Virus record (IMG/VR): IMGVR_UViG_3300012920_000036
Coordinates: 1 to 63,496 of that record
Reading direction: 5' to 3' (one strand)
From: a virus
Taxonomy: Duplodnaviria; Caudoviricetes
DNA length: 63,496 nucleotides
Shown here one piece after another: positions 16,772 to 26,760 of this stretch. Positions within the stretch are counted from its first letter, which is position 1, and every line of letters starts with the position of its first letter. The notes beneath the pieces were generated by a model, which did no database searches, was not told the origin of the DNA, and saw only the letters and a program-made list of their open reading frames with translations. Position numbers and translations under genes: made by a program.

Positions 16772-17347
16772 ATGGCTAATACTAATAAAACCAATAACGA
16801 AACAACAGCCCCGCAACTTAACGGCGCGGCAAACGAAAACACAATCGCTGTCGATAATAATTCCGGCAGGAGCAACCGCAACGGAACAACCGCAAAACCA
16901 AAGGCAAAAAACGAAGCCAAGGCCAAAGCACGGGCAACCCGTCGCAAAGCCAAAAAACTGACAAAAAACGGCGGGGAATTAATTCCGATTAAATTCGGTA
17001 ATAAAAAGACAAACTTTTATTTCATCGAAGGAATCAACTTGGCGGATTTTATAACCAAAAATAAAAACGTAAAGGAACTGGCGTTGTTATCTAAAGACCA
17101 CCAAAAAGACGTATTGAACCGAGTACACAATCAATTTGCGTTAACCACCGGCCGTTTTGAATCAATAAAGGTGGGCAAGGCAACCGGCAAATGGAGCCGC
17201 GAAGACGGGCAATATCGTGCTTTCGTTTCGATGCAAGGCAAGTTGCGTCGCGAAGCTTTCGACGACGAAAAACTAGCCGCCTTGGCAAAAGACAAGGCGA
17301 AAATGCTGGCAGCATATGCGGAAAGGGAAGCTTCCCTCAAAAAGTAA
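16772..17347 (+). CDS. Basic Lys/Asn-rich hypothetical protein, first early gene
   Basis: ORF track 191 aa. Confidence 0.7.
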   Translation: MANTNKTNNETTAPQLNGAANENTIAVDNNSGRSNRNGTTAKPKAKNEAKAKARATRRKAKKLTKNGGELIPIKFGNKKTNFYFIEGINLADFITKNKNVKELALLSKDHQKDVLNRVHNQFALTTGRFESIKVGKATGKWSREDGQYRAFVSMQGKLRREAFDDEKLAALAKDKAKMLAAYAEREASLKK

Positions 17348-17353
17348 AATAGT

Positions 17354-17420
17354 TTTGTTCTCCGGTTCGCCGGAGAGCAAACCAAAGCCAAGGCTATTCG
17401 CTTTGGTTTTGTTTTGTTCT
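17354..17420 (+). terminator. Double hairpin with U-rich tail after the first early gene
   Basis: TTTGTTCTCCGG-TTCG-CCGGAGAGCAAA, then AAACCAAAGC...GCTTTGGTTT followed by T-rich tail. Confidence 0.55.
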
Positions 17421-17439
17421 CTGTTCTCTGAAAAATAAA

Positions 17440-18550
17440 GCGAAAAGCATTGAAAACTGGCACGGTTGCACAAACCGCCCAAAGTAAATGGAAAAACTTT
17501 TCCCTTTTATTGTGTACATTAATTCGCCCGTGATTATTTAAGGGCGTTGACTAATGCCGACCCGCCAAGGGTTGGGGCGGTTCAACGTCGCGGAAAAATA
17601 ATTGCGTTGCGATTGTCGCAAAAAATTTGGTTGCGTTTAATAGAAAACCACCGGCAAACCGTATCGCGGGAATCAATCCTAGTCGCTTGGCAAGCGTAGG
17701 TACAAAGGGCGAAATGCCTTGTCGAACCGCAACCAAAAAAACTGACAATCAACAAACCGGCAAGGGGCGTCCGCAATTTGAAGCAATAAAAACAAAAGTT
17801 TTGCTTGGCTGAAAAGCCTATCAATAAAGCTTTCGATTTTGGTGCATGGCCAGAAAAGGCCAAGGCGAATCTATTCGCCAAGCGTACCATTTGCCCAAAG
17901 CGTTTTACAAAAAATAAAGTAAAAACGTGGCGGGGGAATTGTGTCTTGAATCAATTCAATTGATTTTTCAAGTGTTCCCCGTCAAAACCGTTTCCCTTTT
18001 TTTTTGATTAGACAAAACGTCAGGGGTGGATTGTGTCCGCTTCACTCTTTTAGGGTGTTTGGTTCAAAACCTATCGCGATTAATACCGCCGATAAATAGG
18101 GTTGGCCATGCGGTTCGGGTAAAGTGAACCGATAAGCTGACGTATTAAGGGAATTGTTCCGCATAAATCGTGCAGCATCTAGGTGTAGGATGGGAGAAGT
18201 GTTCCCTGCCGTCGCCTGGAAAATCTATTAGCCTGAGTAAATGGCAAACGCACAAGGTTTGCGTTGTGTTACTGATTGGATGCGACCGCATCGCTCATGG
18301 CTAGGATTCGCAATTGGATGGATCACGGTGGTACGAGACGTGACAAAACGCCAGAGGGGTTTCAATTAGAAACGAGTGCGTCCATTGTTAAATAATACAC
18401 TATACAGCAGACGTGACAGGTCTTGACTGGGTAGATTAATTAAATGTTAGTGGCCAATAGGAAGGGCGGCACTAGGCAACTGGTGTCGCCCTTTCCCTTT
18501 GGTGCATTGCCTTCGTTGCACTCTTGGGGTGTGACGACGGCAGCGCACCG
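17440..18550 (+). ncRNA. Candidate large structured ncRNA (several multibranch domains)
   Basis: No credible ORF over ~1.2 kb; many nested and long-range stems with G-U pairs and GNRA loops on the + strand. Confidence 0.6.
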
Positions 18551-18570
18551 CTGCTAATAGGAGTAATGTA

Positions 18571-18864
18571 ATGAGTAAAGAAGTAATGAATGAGTACGCT
18601 CGCCCTATTTGTGAGCGTTTAGAGTGCAACGTAGTCCCTGTCGTGGACTATGAATACACCAAAGATGGTGTCGTGAAGAAGGAAAGCCGTGAGTTGTATG
18701 CTAACGGCTCGTACTTGGGTCAGGTTCCGAAGAGGGCTGGTCAAAAGGATGTTGTGAACCATTGCATGGCAATGGGGATGTGTGCGGAAGCGGATGAAGT
18801 TGTTGTTTCATTCGATAAGACACCGCGCATCGAGAACGAATACCTCAATCAATTAGGCTTATGA
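18571..18864 (+). CDS. Hypothetical protein
   Basis: ORF track; AGGAG RBS upstream. Confidence 0.7.
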   Translation: MSKEVMNEYARPICERLECNVVPVVDYEYTKDGVVKKESRELYANGSYLGQVPKRAGQKDVVNHCMAMGMCAEADEVVVSFDKTPRIENEYLNQLGL

Positions 18865-18941
18865 AACCTACCAAATTGATCTTGCTGGGTGTGGCGTCGT
18901 GGTTCATTGGGCTGGGCGTTGGACACGTCCTGTTTTTTTGA
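18861..18941 (+). CDS. Small hydrophobic peptide (26 aa)
   Basis: Translated by hand: MKPTKLILLGVASWFIGLGVGHVLFF; ATGA overlap. Confidence 0.4.
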   Translation: MKPTKLILLGVASWFIGLGVGHVLFF

Positions 18942-18950
18942 TGGATCAAT

Positions 18951-18974
18951 TGTCACCTTACAATTAAGGTTAAC
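18951..18974. promoter_or_regulatory. TGTCACCTTA motif with partial inverted copy
   Basis: TGTCACCTTA-CAAT-TAAGGTTAAC, intergenic. Confidence 0.6.
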
Positions 18975-19097
18975 GCATGACGCAGCAGAACCTTTTTGAA
19001 TCAACCAAGACAACCAATCGGCGGGGTAAAGTAATTACAAAATGCCCACGACCATTGGCTGACTGGTGGTTCAACAGAATCTATAAGGAAATAAATA

Positions 19098-19448
19098 ATG
19101 ATAACGACGGAAAAACTATTCGAGATGAGCGGGTTAAGCGGCACGTTTGACACGGCCATCCCGCAGGAAAGATTCGACGAAATAGCTGATGCCCTTGGGG
19201 AGAATCCCTGGGGCATGTTTGTTTGGTGGTATCCCGCAAGAACCGACAGGGAATATGACACATGCGGGATGGGCGGCAAGTTGATGGCTGTCTCTACCTT
19301 GTTTCGCTTGGCGATGGATCGGCGGAAGCTGATTGAGAACGAAGAGAAGTATCGTTTGGTCACCCGTCTGATGGGTGGCGTGGACAAGGACATTGTCCTA
19401 GCGGATGAGAAGGAGTGCATGGAACAGGAGAAGGCATATTATGGATGA
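19098..19448 (+). CDS. Hypothetical protein
   Basis: ORF track. Confidence 0.65.
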   Translation: MITTEKLFEMSGLSGTFDTAIPQERFDEIADALGENPWGMFVWWYPARTDREYDTCGMGGKLMAVSTLFRLAMDRRKLIENEEKYRLVTRLMGGVDKDIVLADEKECMEQEKAYYG

Positions 19449-19911
19449 AATACAGAGGATACATCGTGCGGCTCAAGAACTTAAAAGAATGATGCCCACT
19501 ATCCTGCCAGCCAAGAAAAACTCACAGAGTGTGCTGGATAAAATGTTTGAGGAATTGTTCAACGCAATAGAAGAAGTAAGAACAAAACAAATGAAAACTA
19601 ATGAACCGAGGAGTGTGGTCAAACACACACGAACCATCACGACATTCTACTTTAGTGATGAGTTAAACGAGGAACAACTGAAGAGTAAGATTGAATTGTT
19701 CCTGGAAGAGTTACAGTTGCCCGACTCTTACGAAGAGTTTGATGTGCAGCCGGTAACGAATGAGTGTCCAAGTGAGGAGATTGATGAGGTGAAAACATTA
19801 TCAAAGGAGGACGAACTGGAAAGTGAACTAACCAAACACAACATACCATACGACTTGGCTATGGAAGGGTGGTATCACCACAAACAAGAAATGCAATGGC
19901 TACCAAAATAA
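19441..19911 (+). CDS. Hypothetical acidic protein
   Basis: ORF track 19405..19911, start adjusted. Confidence 0.55.
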   Translation: MDEIQRIHRAAQELKRMMPTILPAKKNSQSVLDKMFEELFNAIEEVRTKQMKTNEPRSVVKHTRTITTFYFSDELNEEQLKSKIELFLEELQLPDSYEEFDVQPVTNECPSEEIDEVKTLSKEDELESELTKHNIPYDLAMEGWYHHKQEMQWLPK

Positions 19912-20600
19912 AATACGAAGGCAACGAAGACATTGAACTGATGGCCACCGCCGATGGCGGCAACCACCGGAGGTTTGACAGCTTCGCATGGCACAGCCCA
20001 CCTTGGGATGATGAAGGTATGGGTGGGCCGAATGACTGGGCAATGTTCTACACCAGGAACAGAGACAGTACGTTGATAGATCAAAGCAATCATGCGTACA
20101 TCAAGAAGGCAATGGAACCATACGAAGAGGATGGTACTGCCAGAGATGAAAGGCATGGAAGCTGGGCCTGTGGCTGGGTTGAAGGCTTTGCTATTCGGGT
20201 GTTAAAGGATGGTAAAGCGACTGATGCATACAAGGTGTACAGCAACATACAAGATGCATTGAGTGCATACCCGCTACTCGATGAGGAAGACCACTCAAAC
20301 CGTGAGTACGAAGCGACAATCGAGAACATCAAAGACATAGCCACCGATGTTAGGGATGATGCTCCAGATCATTGGGCCGAGAAGGTTTATGGATACCTAT
20401 CTTACAATTACCCAAACTCTTTGGAATCAACAGATGACCAAGGTGGCTGGCCAAAGGATGAGCTAGTGCAGGAAGCGTTAAGGAATCTCTGTTACTTGGA
20501 CATTGATGACGATGACATGACTGAGGAGGAGAGAGAACAGTACGAAAGAGAGAGAAGAATAAAACTGAATGATCATTTGCAAATTAAATTAGCGATATGA
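19896..20600 (+). CDS. Hypothetical acidic phage early protein
   Basis: RDS....SN...HxxWACGW.E...L..YPLLDEED.S..E motif; start adjusted. Confidence 0.7.
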   Translation: MATKIKYEGNEDIELMATADGGNHRRFDSFAWHSPPWDDEGMGGPNDWAMFYTRNRDSTLIDQSNHAYIKKAMEPYEEDGTARDERHGSWACGWVEGFAIRVLKDGKATDAYKVYSNIQDALSAYPLLDEEDHSNREYEATIENIKDIATDVRDDAPDHWAEKVYGYLSYNYPNSLESTDDQGGWPKDELVQEALRNLCYLDIDDDDMTEEEREQYERERRIKLNDHLQIKLAI

Positions 20601-20866
20601 GAGGAGTAGCAATTAACCAAATAATGAAGATCGATAGCATATGCTACGAGGTGGCAAGTGCTTTGTTAAATAGGTATCGCCATGCCAACACCACAAATCC
20701 TGCTGAAATTAGGATGTGTCTTAATTCATGCGTAGATTATTGGCGTGAGGAAGGCATGACAGTTAGAGAATATAGTCAGGCTAATGCCGTGAAAAAAGTG
20801 CAGTCAATCTGCAATGTAGTATTTAGGTTGAGAGATTACGATTACCCTTCAAATGAAAGAGATTAA
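20597..20866 (+). CDS. Hypothetical protein
   Basis: ORF track, overlap-coupled. Confidence 0.55.
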   Translation: MRGVAINQIMKIDSICYEVASALLNRYRHANTTNPAEIRMCLNSCVDYWREEGMTVREYSQANAVKKVQSICNVVFRLRDYDYPSNERD

Positions 20867-21119
20867 GCAAACACCAAGTATCGATAACGATAAAATAAAA
20901 GAGATAGCGTTAGAGATAAACGCATTAAAGTTTCAGTTGAAAATGGCAGCGCATAATAAAGATGGAATAAGCATGGGCAATGCAGCGCAAATACTTAGAT
21001 GTAAATATGGATTCACTTACAGCATGACAGTAAACGCCTGCGGTATGATGCCAGCAGAATATGATTCCTTGGTAAGCCTTTGGGACGAAGAGGATTTCAG
21101 CGGACGGAAAAGATATTAA
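20853..21119 (+). CDS. Hypothetical protein
   Basis: ORF track. Confidence 0.55.
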   Translation: MKEIKQTPSIDNDKIKEIALEINALKFQLKMAAHNKDGISMGNAAQILRCKYGFTYSMTVNACGMMPAEYDSLVSLWDEEDFSGRKRY

Positions 21120-21145
21120 CCCACAACAGACAGATAAAACACAAC

Positions 21146-21547
21146 ATGTATAGCAAAGTAGATGTAGCTGAAAAGATATTGGATATCTATAACAGCGAAT
21201 TAGCACAGGAAACCATTAACGCAACCGTTCAAGGATTGTGTAAAGGTTTGATCGAGAAGGAAAAGTTATCACGGATAACGTCTGACCTTGATGGAATCAT
21301 CCCTCGTATAAGAGAACTGAGCGATGAAGCAGAGGGCATAGCTTGCTCCTGCGATTCTTTCAATGAGTCGTTTGGCACATGGAGAGACAATGACCTGACG
21401 GAGGAGATTGTTGATAAGGTTCAAAGAGCATGGAGCCAGATAGATGAAGGCAGTTCAGAGCTAGAGAAAATAGCTGACGACTATGAGGAGAAGGTGCAGG
21501 CCGAACTGCACAGGTTAGACCCTGAGAACTACGAGTTAGAAGAATGA
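21146..21547 (+). CDS. Hypothetical acidic helical protein
   Basis: ORF track 21080..21547, start adjusted. Confidence 0.6.
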   Translation: MYSKVDVAEKILDIYNSELAQETINATVQGLCKGLIEKEKLSRITSDLDGIIPRIRELSDEAEGIACSCDSFNESFGTWRDNDLTEEIVDKVQRAWSQIDEGSSELEKIADDYEEKVQAELHRLDPENYELEE

Positions 21548-22245
21548 ACTACCTAAAGAAAATACAGAACACAGTTAAGGGTGTGATTGCGAAGTCACAC
21601 AAGAGCGATTCAAGTGGCGAGTTGTATCTGGACACAGCAGATGTCTCAAAGATTCTAAAGATGAGACTTAAATATCTGTATCCCGATACAAAATTCTCTG
21701 TCACCTCAGAGAAATACTCGATGGGATCGAGCATCTACATCCGATGGCAGGATGGCCCTGTTGCTGACGAGATAAACGACTTGGCGCGGGGTTATCAACT
21801 CAAACGGTTCGACGGCATGATTGATATGGAAACGAACTGTAAGGCGTGGCTGTGTCCCGATGGGTCAATGGAGACAGCACACATCGATGGCACAACAGAC
21901 AGCAGAGGATACATTGAGGATTACATTGCTGATCCGCCTAGTCCTGGTGCTGTGCTGTGTTATGGCGGGGCTGGTTACATAAACACAAGCCGTGACTTGT
22001 CCTACCCCAAACTAAAGTGGGCAATTGACAAGGCGTTTACATACTTTTCTGACCTAAAAGAAGTAAGTAAGCCAACTGTCGAAGAGCGGACAGATTACAA
22101 AGGTAAGACGTATGGATTGCTCAAGGATGTTGCGACTGTACAGATAGGCAACAGGTGGCTTGAGCAGATGCTGTATGGATTTGCCGAGTGCTTTGACTAC
22201 ACCAAAGATCCATACGAAAAGAAGTGTGAAGTTAATGGCTGGTAA
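21544..22245 (+). CDS. LPD29 domain protein (large-polyvalent-protein-associated)
   Basis: LK..YP..KFSV.S..YSMG.SI.I.W.DGP...FDGM.D motif. Confidence 0.75.
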   Translation: MNYLKKIQNTVKGVIAKSHKSDSSGELYLDTADVSKILKMRLKYLYPDTKFSVTSEKYSMGSSIYIRWQDGPVADEINDLARGYQLKRFDGMIDMETNCKAWLCPDGSMETAHIDGTTDSRGYIEDYIADPPSPGAVLCYGGAGYINTSRDLSYPKLKWAIDKAFTYFSDLKEVSKPTVEERTDYKGKTYGLLKDVATVQIGNRWLEQMLYGFAECFDYTKDPYEKKCEVNGW

Positions 22246-22247
22246 AT

Positions 22248-22257
22248 TGTCACCTTA
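22248..22257 (+). promoter_or_regulatory. TGTCACCTTA motif
   Basis: Exact copy between a stop and a start codon. Confidence 0.6.
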
Positions 22258-22262
22258 ATATT

Positions 22263-22490
22263 ATGGAAAACTTAGATAAAAAAACACAGGGAAGATGGGC
22301 GTTGTGCAACACAGCAATGGCGCTGGCTGAAGAGAACTTATTTGGAACAAGCAATGATGGACTATGTATCCAATGCGGTTCGATACAGGGCGGCTGTGAA
22401 CCAGACGCACGGAAACACAAGTGTGAAGACTGTGGGGAACACGCAGTCTACGGAGCAGAGGAAGCGGTGATGGTACTGGGTTTATGTTGA
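22263..22490 (+). CDS. Zinc-ribbon hypothetical protein
   Basis: G.CIQCG...CEPDAR...CEDCG...VYGAEE. Confidence 0.7.
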   Translation: MENLDKKTQGRWALCNTAMALAEENLFGTSNDGLCIQCGSIQGGCEPDARKHKCEDCGEHAVYGAEEAVMVLGLC

Positions 22491-22536
22491 CACCCTTCGG
22501 CTCCTGGTATCATCACCGAAGGTTCATAAATTAACT

Positions 22537-22839
22537 ATGGAAAAAATAAACACCTGCCTTGGCAAGTTCAAGGGGGAAGAGCGGACGAGAGTCTGGATAG
22601 AAGGCAAGCGGTTAACTGAGGCAGGCTTCAAGGTCGGCGCACGATACACCAAGAAATTCAACAGGGTGACTATCGTTCTAACCTTGGACAGCGAAGGGCC
22701 GTTGAAGGTTTCAAGTCGTGGCTTAGTACCTATCATCGATCTATCGGGAAAAAAAATCAGAGAGTTCTTTGAGGATAGTGATGAGGTACAGGTCACATTC
22801 AAACAGGGCGTAATAACTTACAAAGGAATCAATGTATGA
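22537..22839 (+). CDS. Hypothetical phage protein (AbrB/SymE-like pattern)
   Basis: RVWIEGKRL..AGF..G. Confidence 0.6.
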   Translation: MEKINTCLGKFKGEERTRVWIEGKRLTEAGFKVGARYTKKFNRVTIVLTLDSEGPLKVSSRGLVPIIDLSGKKIREFFEDSDEVQVTFKQGVITYKGINV

Positions 22840-23321
22840 TAGCAGAAGCTAAAGAAATAATGAGAATAAGCGTATTGTACGAGAGTAATGGAAGCTCTTA
22901 CAGGTGTGGGGCAAAGGAGAAGAGTGACAACACAAACACAACAGACTTCTTATCTAGTCAGACTCATCAATGGAAAAGAGAAAAAGTGAAAGGTCTATGT
23001 TGTTTTCGTTTAAACAACTGGATGGAAGACCCCCGGAAGTGGGCTGTTGAAAGCCGTAGAAGTGCAATAGACATCACAGTATCTGGCAAACTACAGCATT
23101 GGTATCAACACTCTTTCACATTGGCATGGGGGGATAACGAGTTTACCGCAAGGTATACTGATGTGGAAAAAATCTATGCCACTTACTTGGACGATGAAAG
23201 CTGTTGGGATGATGACAAAATCTTCAATCACAATCATATGCAACTGGAGTGTTTTCGGATTGAGTTGACTCCCATTACTATAAGGGCAAATGGAAAAGTA
23301 ATAATGAATCTAAACGACTAA
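22836..23321 (+). CDS. Hypothetical protein
   Basis: ORF track. Confidence 0.55.
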   Translation: MIAEAKEIMRISVLYESNGSSYRCGAKEKSDNTNTTDFLSSQTHQWKREKVKGLCCFRLNNWMEDPRKWAVESRRSAIDITVSGKLQHWYQHSFTLAWGDNEFTARYTDVEKIYATYLDDESCWDDDKIFNHNHMQLECFRIELTPITIRANGKVIMNLND

Positions 23322-23797
23322 TGAGTAATACTATAGAAAACTACAAGAGAAAGATGGAAGAGAGATTGAACGAACACATGATGCGAACTGCATTGTGGGT
23401 GCGAGGTATACTGGAAACAAACTACTGGAGATTGAAAGTATACTACAAGGATGCACTCAACACGACGGAGGCAGCGATGGCTTACACCGCCGATGGGTTT
23501 GAGAATATGCAACGCAACTCACACTACGAGTTTCGTAAGATGGGTTTCATTAGGGCTGATGGGCCGTGGAACAGCGGCGGCGGATGCATGATCTTGAGGA
23601 TATACTTCCAATCATTCGCACTCTCCATTGGTGATGAGGACATCCTCATAATCAAGAGAGAGTCGGAGGGTGAATATGGAAAGGCATGTGAGACTGATGA
23701 GGGTTGGATTGAATACGTCGATGAATACTGTTGCGGTGGAATTGAAGATGCGAAATTGAAATCAATTCAATGGGCGGAGGACTGGCCGGTTGGGTAG
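23321..23797 (+). CDS. Hypothetical protein
   Basis: ORF track; NSGGGCM motif. Confidence 0.55.
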   Translation: MSNTIENYKRKMEERLNEHMMRTALWVRGILETNYWRLKVYYKDALNTTEAAMAYTADGFENMQRNSHYEFRKMGFIRADGPWNSGGGCMILRIYFQSFALSIGDEDILIIKRESEGEYGKACETDEGWIEYVDEYCCGGIEDAKLKSIQWAEDWPVG

Positions 23798-23829
23798 CAA
23801 TAGGTAAGGAATAAAAATAAAAGTAAGGA

Positions 23830-24096
23830 ATGAAAGTAAAAGAACTGTTACAAAAAATAATAAAGTCGGGCTGCTCATTGGATGATGAGTTGTGTTTGGT
23901 TACCAAGTTTGATTACCAACAGGTACACCACTTGTTGCACAATGAGGAGGAAGAGGCAAAACAGACTGGGCCACGAGCGGAACACTTAATGCAAGCAATG
24001 TGCGAACCAGATTTTGCCACCACCACCAGAGAAAGTGATCGTGTTTTAATATTAGAGTTTCATTACAACGAACCAAAAAGAAAACTAGGCTTATGA
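23830..24096 (+). CDS. Hypothetical protein
   Basis: ORF track. Confidence 0.55.
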   Translation: MKVKELLQKIIKSGCSLDDELCLVTKFDYQQVHHLLHNEEEEAKQTGPRAEHLMQAMCEPDFATTTRESDRVLILEFHYNEPKRKLGL

Positions 24097-24386
24097 GATT
24101 CTACTTAAATCTAAAACAAACCATAACGAGATCAACAAATGCTGTCTTTGTTGAGATAACCAAGAAGCGACTGATCGAGGAAGGGTACATTGACGCAAGC
24201 TGCGGTACTGAATGGAAGGAACACGCCTCTAACTACATACATGAATCATTGGATGACCTGTGTTGTGAAGGTGAACTTAAAACACACGATGATTTAGAAA
24301 GAGTAGTGTGCTTTCAAATGTACGACAGCAATTCATGGAACGATGAATATTCAGATACAGAAATTGATGAGGTAGAATATGATTAG
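24093..24386 (+). CDS. Hypothetical acidic protein
   Basis: ORF track. Confidence 0.55.
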   Translation: MRFYLNLKQTITRSTNAVFVEITKKRLIEEGYIDASCGTEWKEHASNYIHESLDDLCCEGELKTHDDLERVVCFQMYDSNSWNDEYSDTEIDEVEYD

Positions 24387-24969
24387 AAAAATATGCGAAC
24401 GATGCGGTGCTAACGGAGACACGCTGCACATCATGGGCCATGTCTACTGGGTTGAAGAAGAACAAGTACATGGGCTGTACGATTTCGTAGGTGATTACGA
24501 TTGGTTCTGTGACACCTGTGGTGCTGAGACAGGCGTCGAAGAGGTAGACCTTGAGTGGGATGTGGAGATTGTTAAGGCAATAGATGGCAACACCTTTGAT
24601 ACTGAACCGTTTGAGGAGAACCCTGACAAGATAAAGAAGCTAATCGATGAGCTTGATGACACCGTGGATAAGACAAAGCCAATACTCTACAACGTGTTCG
24701 TCAAGGTATCACCATCAAGTGAGCCTTACATCGAGGATGGCTTAGACGAGGACGGCTTAATCAAGTACAAGAAGGAAGGAAGGTCTGACTTCGACATCAA
24801 ACATTCCATGTACTTCTATGACTACGACAAAGCCAAGGAATACGAGGAAGCTATTGGCGAGACACCATTGCAAAAGACATACGATGTGTACGATAACAAC
24901 ATCAACAGTCAGGGTGTGGACATTGTAAAATATTATGAAGAACAACGTAAAGCTGAAGAAGCTAATTGA
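24379..24969 (+). CDS. Acidic protein with N-terminal zinc ribbon
   Basis: CERCG...WFCDTCG. Confidence 0.6.
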   Translation: MIRKICERCGANGDTLHIMGHVYWVEEEQVHGLYDFVGDYDWFCDTCGAETGVEEVDLEWDVEIVKAIDGNTFDTEPFEENPDKIKKLIDELDDTVDKTKPILYNVFVKVSPSSEPYIEDGLDEDGLIKYKKEGRSDFDIKHSMYFYDYDKAKEYEEAIGETPLQKTYDVYDNNINSQGVDIVKYYEEQRKAEEAN

Positions 24970-25210
24970 ATACAAGGAAGCATTAGAAAGGATGCTCTGG
25001 CATCGTGATGTAGCGAGAGAGTTGCAGGCAACGCTGACTAACACGACGCATGAGTGGTTCAGAGATGCGGAGGATAAGGAGTTCTTTAACAGATTCCTTA
25101 ACGAGATGAGGGTGGTCGAAAGCCATGCTCAATCTACCACGACACACATGGATGATTTGTGTGGGGTGTTCGATGCGGAACTAGAAGAGAAGATCAAAGA
25201 GTATGAGTGA
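24935..25210 (+). CDS. Hypothetical protein
   Basis: ORF track. Confidence 0.55.
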   Translation: MKNNVKLKKLIEYKEALERMLWHRDVARELQATLTNTTHEWFRDAEDKEFFNRFLNEMRVVESHAQSTTTHMDDLCGVFDAELEEKIKEYE

Positions 25211-25366
25211 GATAATAGTCAAAGACAACTATGCATACATGGTTGCACCAAATCCTAACGAGAACAATGAACCTTGGGTCTATTACCAACCAATCCATGA
25301 ACACTTATGGATGGAATGTGACGCCAGGATGTTGGACATAGATAAGATAAAGAAAGAGTTAACCAA

Positions 25367-25549
25367 ATGAAACCATACGCATTACAGCTACAGTACATTA
25401 ACTTCTACACCGGAGAGGAGTCATTGAAAACAATCAGCTATCACAAGTCGGAGCGAGCAGCAAAGGTTGCACGGAGAAAAGCGGGTCAGAGTAACGTCTG
25501 GAATAACATCTGCCTACCAGCCGATGCCTATGTGATAACTAAACTATGA
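25367..25549 (+). CDS. Hypothetical protein
   Basis: ORF track. Confidence 0.5.
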   Translation: MKPYALQLQYINFYTGEESLKTISYHKSERAAKVARRKAGQSNVWNNICLPADAYVITKL

Positions 25550-25830
25550 AGGCATACATCATAACAGGCAGAGTGCCTGACCACGACAACGAAACGCTTT
25601 GGTTCCAAGCTGAATCATATGCAGATGCTGTGTCTAAATTCATAAAGGCTATGCATATTGATGAACCGGAAGGTAAGAAGGAGACAATAGAACTTCACGG
25701 CGTGGCGGTTTACTTGGACAACGTGACCGAAGTAACAGGTGAGTTCGATGTTCACCTGTCTGCTGGTTGGCAGGAGATGAGTGATGAAGCCAAGAAGTAC
25801 ACTAAAAGAAAAACAGCATATCAAAGATGA
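25546..25830 (+). CDS. Hypothetical protein
   Basis: ORF track. Confidence 0.55.
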   Translation: MKAYIITGRVPDHDNETLWFQAESYADAVSKFIKAMHIDEPEGKKETIELHGVAVYLDNVTEVTGEFDVHLSAGWQEMSDEAKKYTKRKTAYQR

Positions 25831-26030
25831 GTGAGATACAACATCCGTTTGTTCTAACAGAACAAGGAAGCACAGTCATTGATCGCAACGAGGTGATCAG
25901 AACGATAGCCCTTGAGGTGTGTGACACATCGAAGGGAGATACAGATGCCGACTATCATGCGGCAAGGGATACAGTTTTGTATTCATACTTCAGAGACGTA
26001 GACAATTACGTCGAAAGCATTAGGTCGTAA
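25827..26030 (+). CDS. Hypothetical protein
   Basis: ORF track. Confidence 0.5.
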   Translation: MSEIQHPFVLTEQGSTVIDRNEVIRTIALEVCDTSKGDTDADYHAARDTVLYSYFRDVDNYVESIRS

Positions 26031-26058
26031 GACCATAACCCCTAACAGAAAGGTAGAT

Positions 26059-26760
26059 ATGTCCAACGGAGTTATCCTTTGGGAGAGTAGTGCTATTGTG
26101 TGTATTGCTACTGGATTGAAGCGACCCAGTAGCAACAAGAAGACAGGCCCGATGATACAAACATACATCATACGGAGAGACATGCATCCAGTTGAGGCAA
26201 TCAAGACTGGCAACGACGATGCAATCTGCGGTGACTGCGTACATCGAGGAGTGAACGGCAAGAAGAGAACGTGTTACGTTGAGGTAGGCAAGTCAGTCAG
26301 TCAGGTGTACCGGAGTTACATGAATGGCGGGTACGAAAACGAATGGACCTATGACTTGTTTAGAGATAGAAAGGTAAGGGCCGGTGCTTACGGTGACCCT
26401 GCATATGTCCCACATTCAATATGGAAAGGCATCTATGAGGTTGCGGCTGGCATGACAGGCTACACTCACAGGTGGAAGAATGACTTTGCCCAAGGCTACA
26501 AGGATTACTTGATGGCGAGCGTCGATTCAACCGCTGAACTTGAGCAGGCATGGGACATGGGTTGGAATACATTCAGAGTCAGACCGCAGGGAACCAAGAA
26601 GATCAAAGGCGAGGCGCAATGTCCGGCAGCTACAGAGTCACCGGCTGAGACTGAGTGTGCCAAGTGCCTGTTGTGTTGCGGCAACCAAAGTAAAGTGAGA
26701 GGTGTGTCCCTGGATGTACACGGTATCGGCAGTAAACATTTTAATGTAACCTTAAATTAA
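26059..26760 (+). CDS. Cys-rich phage protein (gp88-like, possible Fe-S/radical-SAM-related)
   Basis: NKKTG...CGDC..R...CYV; R.G.YGDPA; GYTH.W; MASVD; CPA...CAKCLLC. Confidence 0.65.
   Translation: MSNGVILWESSAIVCIATGLKRPSSNKKTGPMIQTYIIRRDMHPVEAIKTGNDDAICGDCVHRGVNGKKRTCYVEVGKSVSQVYRSYMNGGYENEWTYDLFRDRKVRAGAYGDPAYVPHSIWKGIYEVAAGMTGYTHRWKNDFAQGYKDYLMASVDSTAELEQAWDMGWNTFRVRPQGTKKIKGEAQCPAATESPAETECAKCLLCCGNQSKVRGVSLDVHGIGSKHFNVTLN

Noticed and set aside
17551-17890. Short ORFs in the track within the structured region (61-102 aa, both strands)
   Set aside because: No evident RBS or coupling and no motifs; they overlap stems, so they are probably chance ORFs
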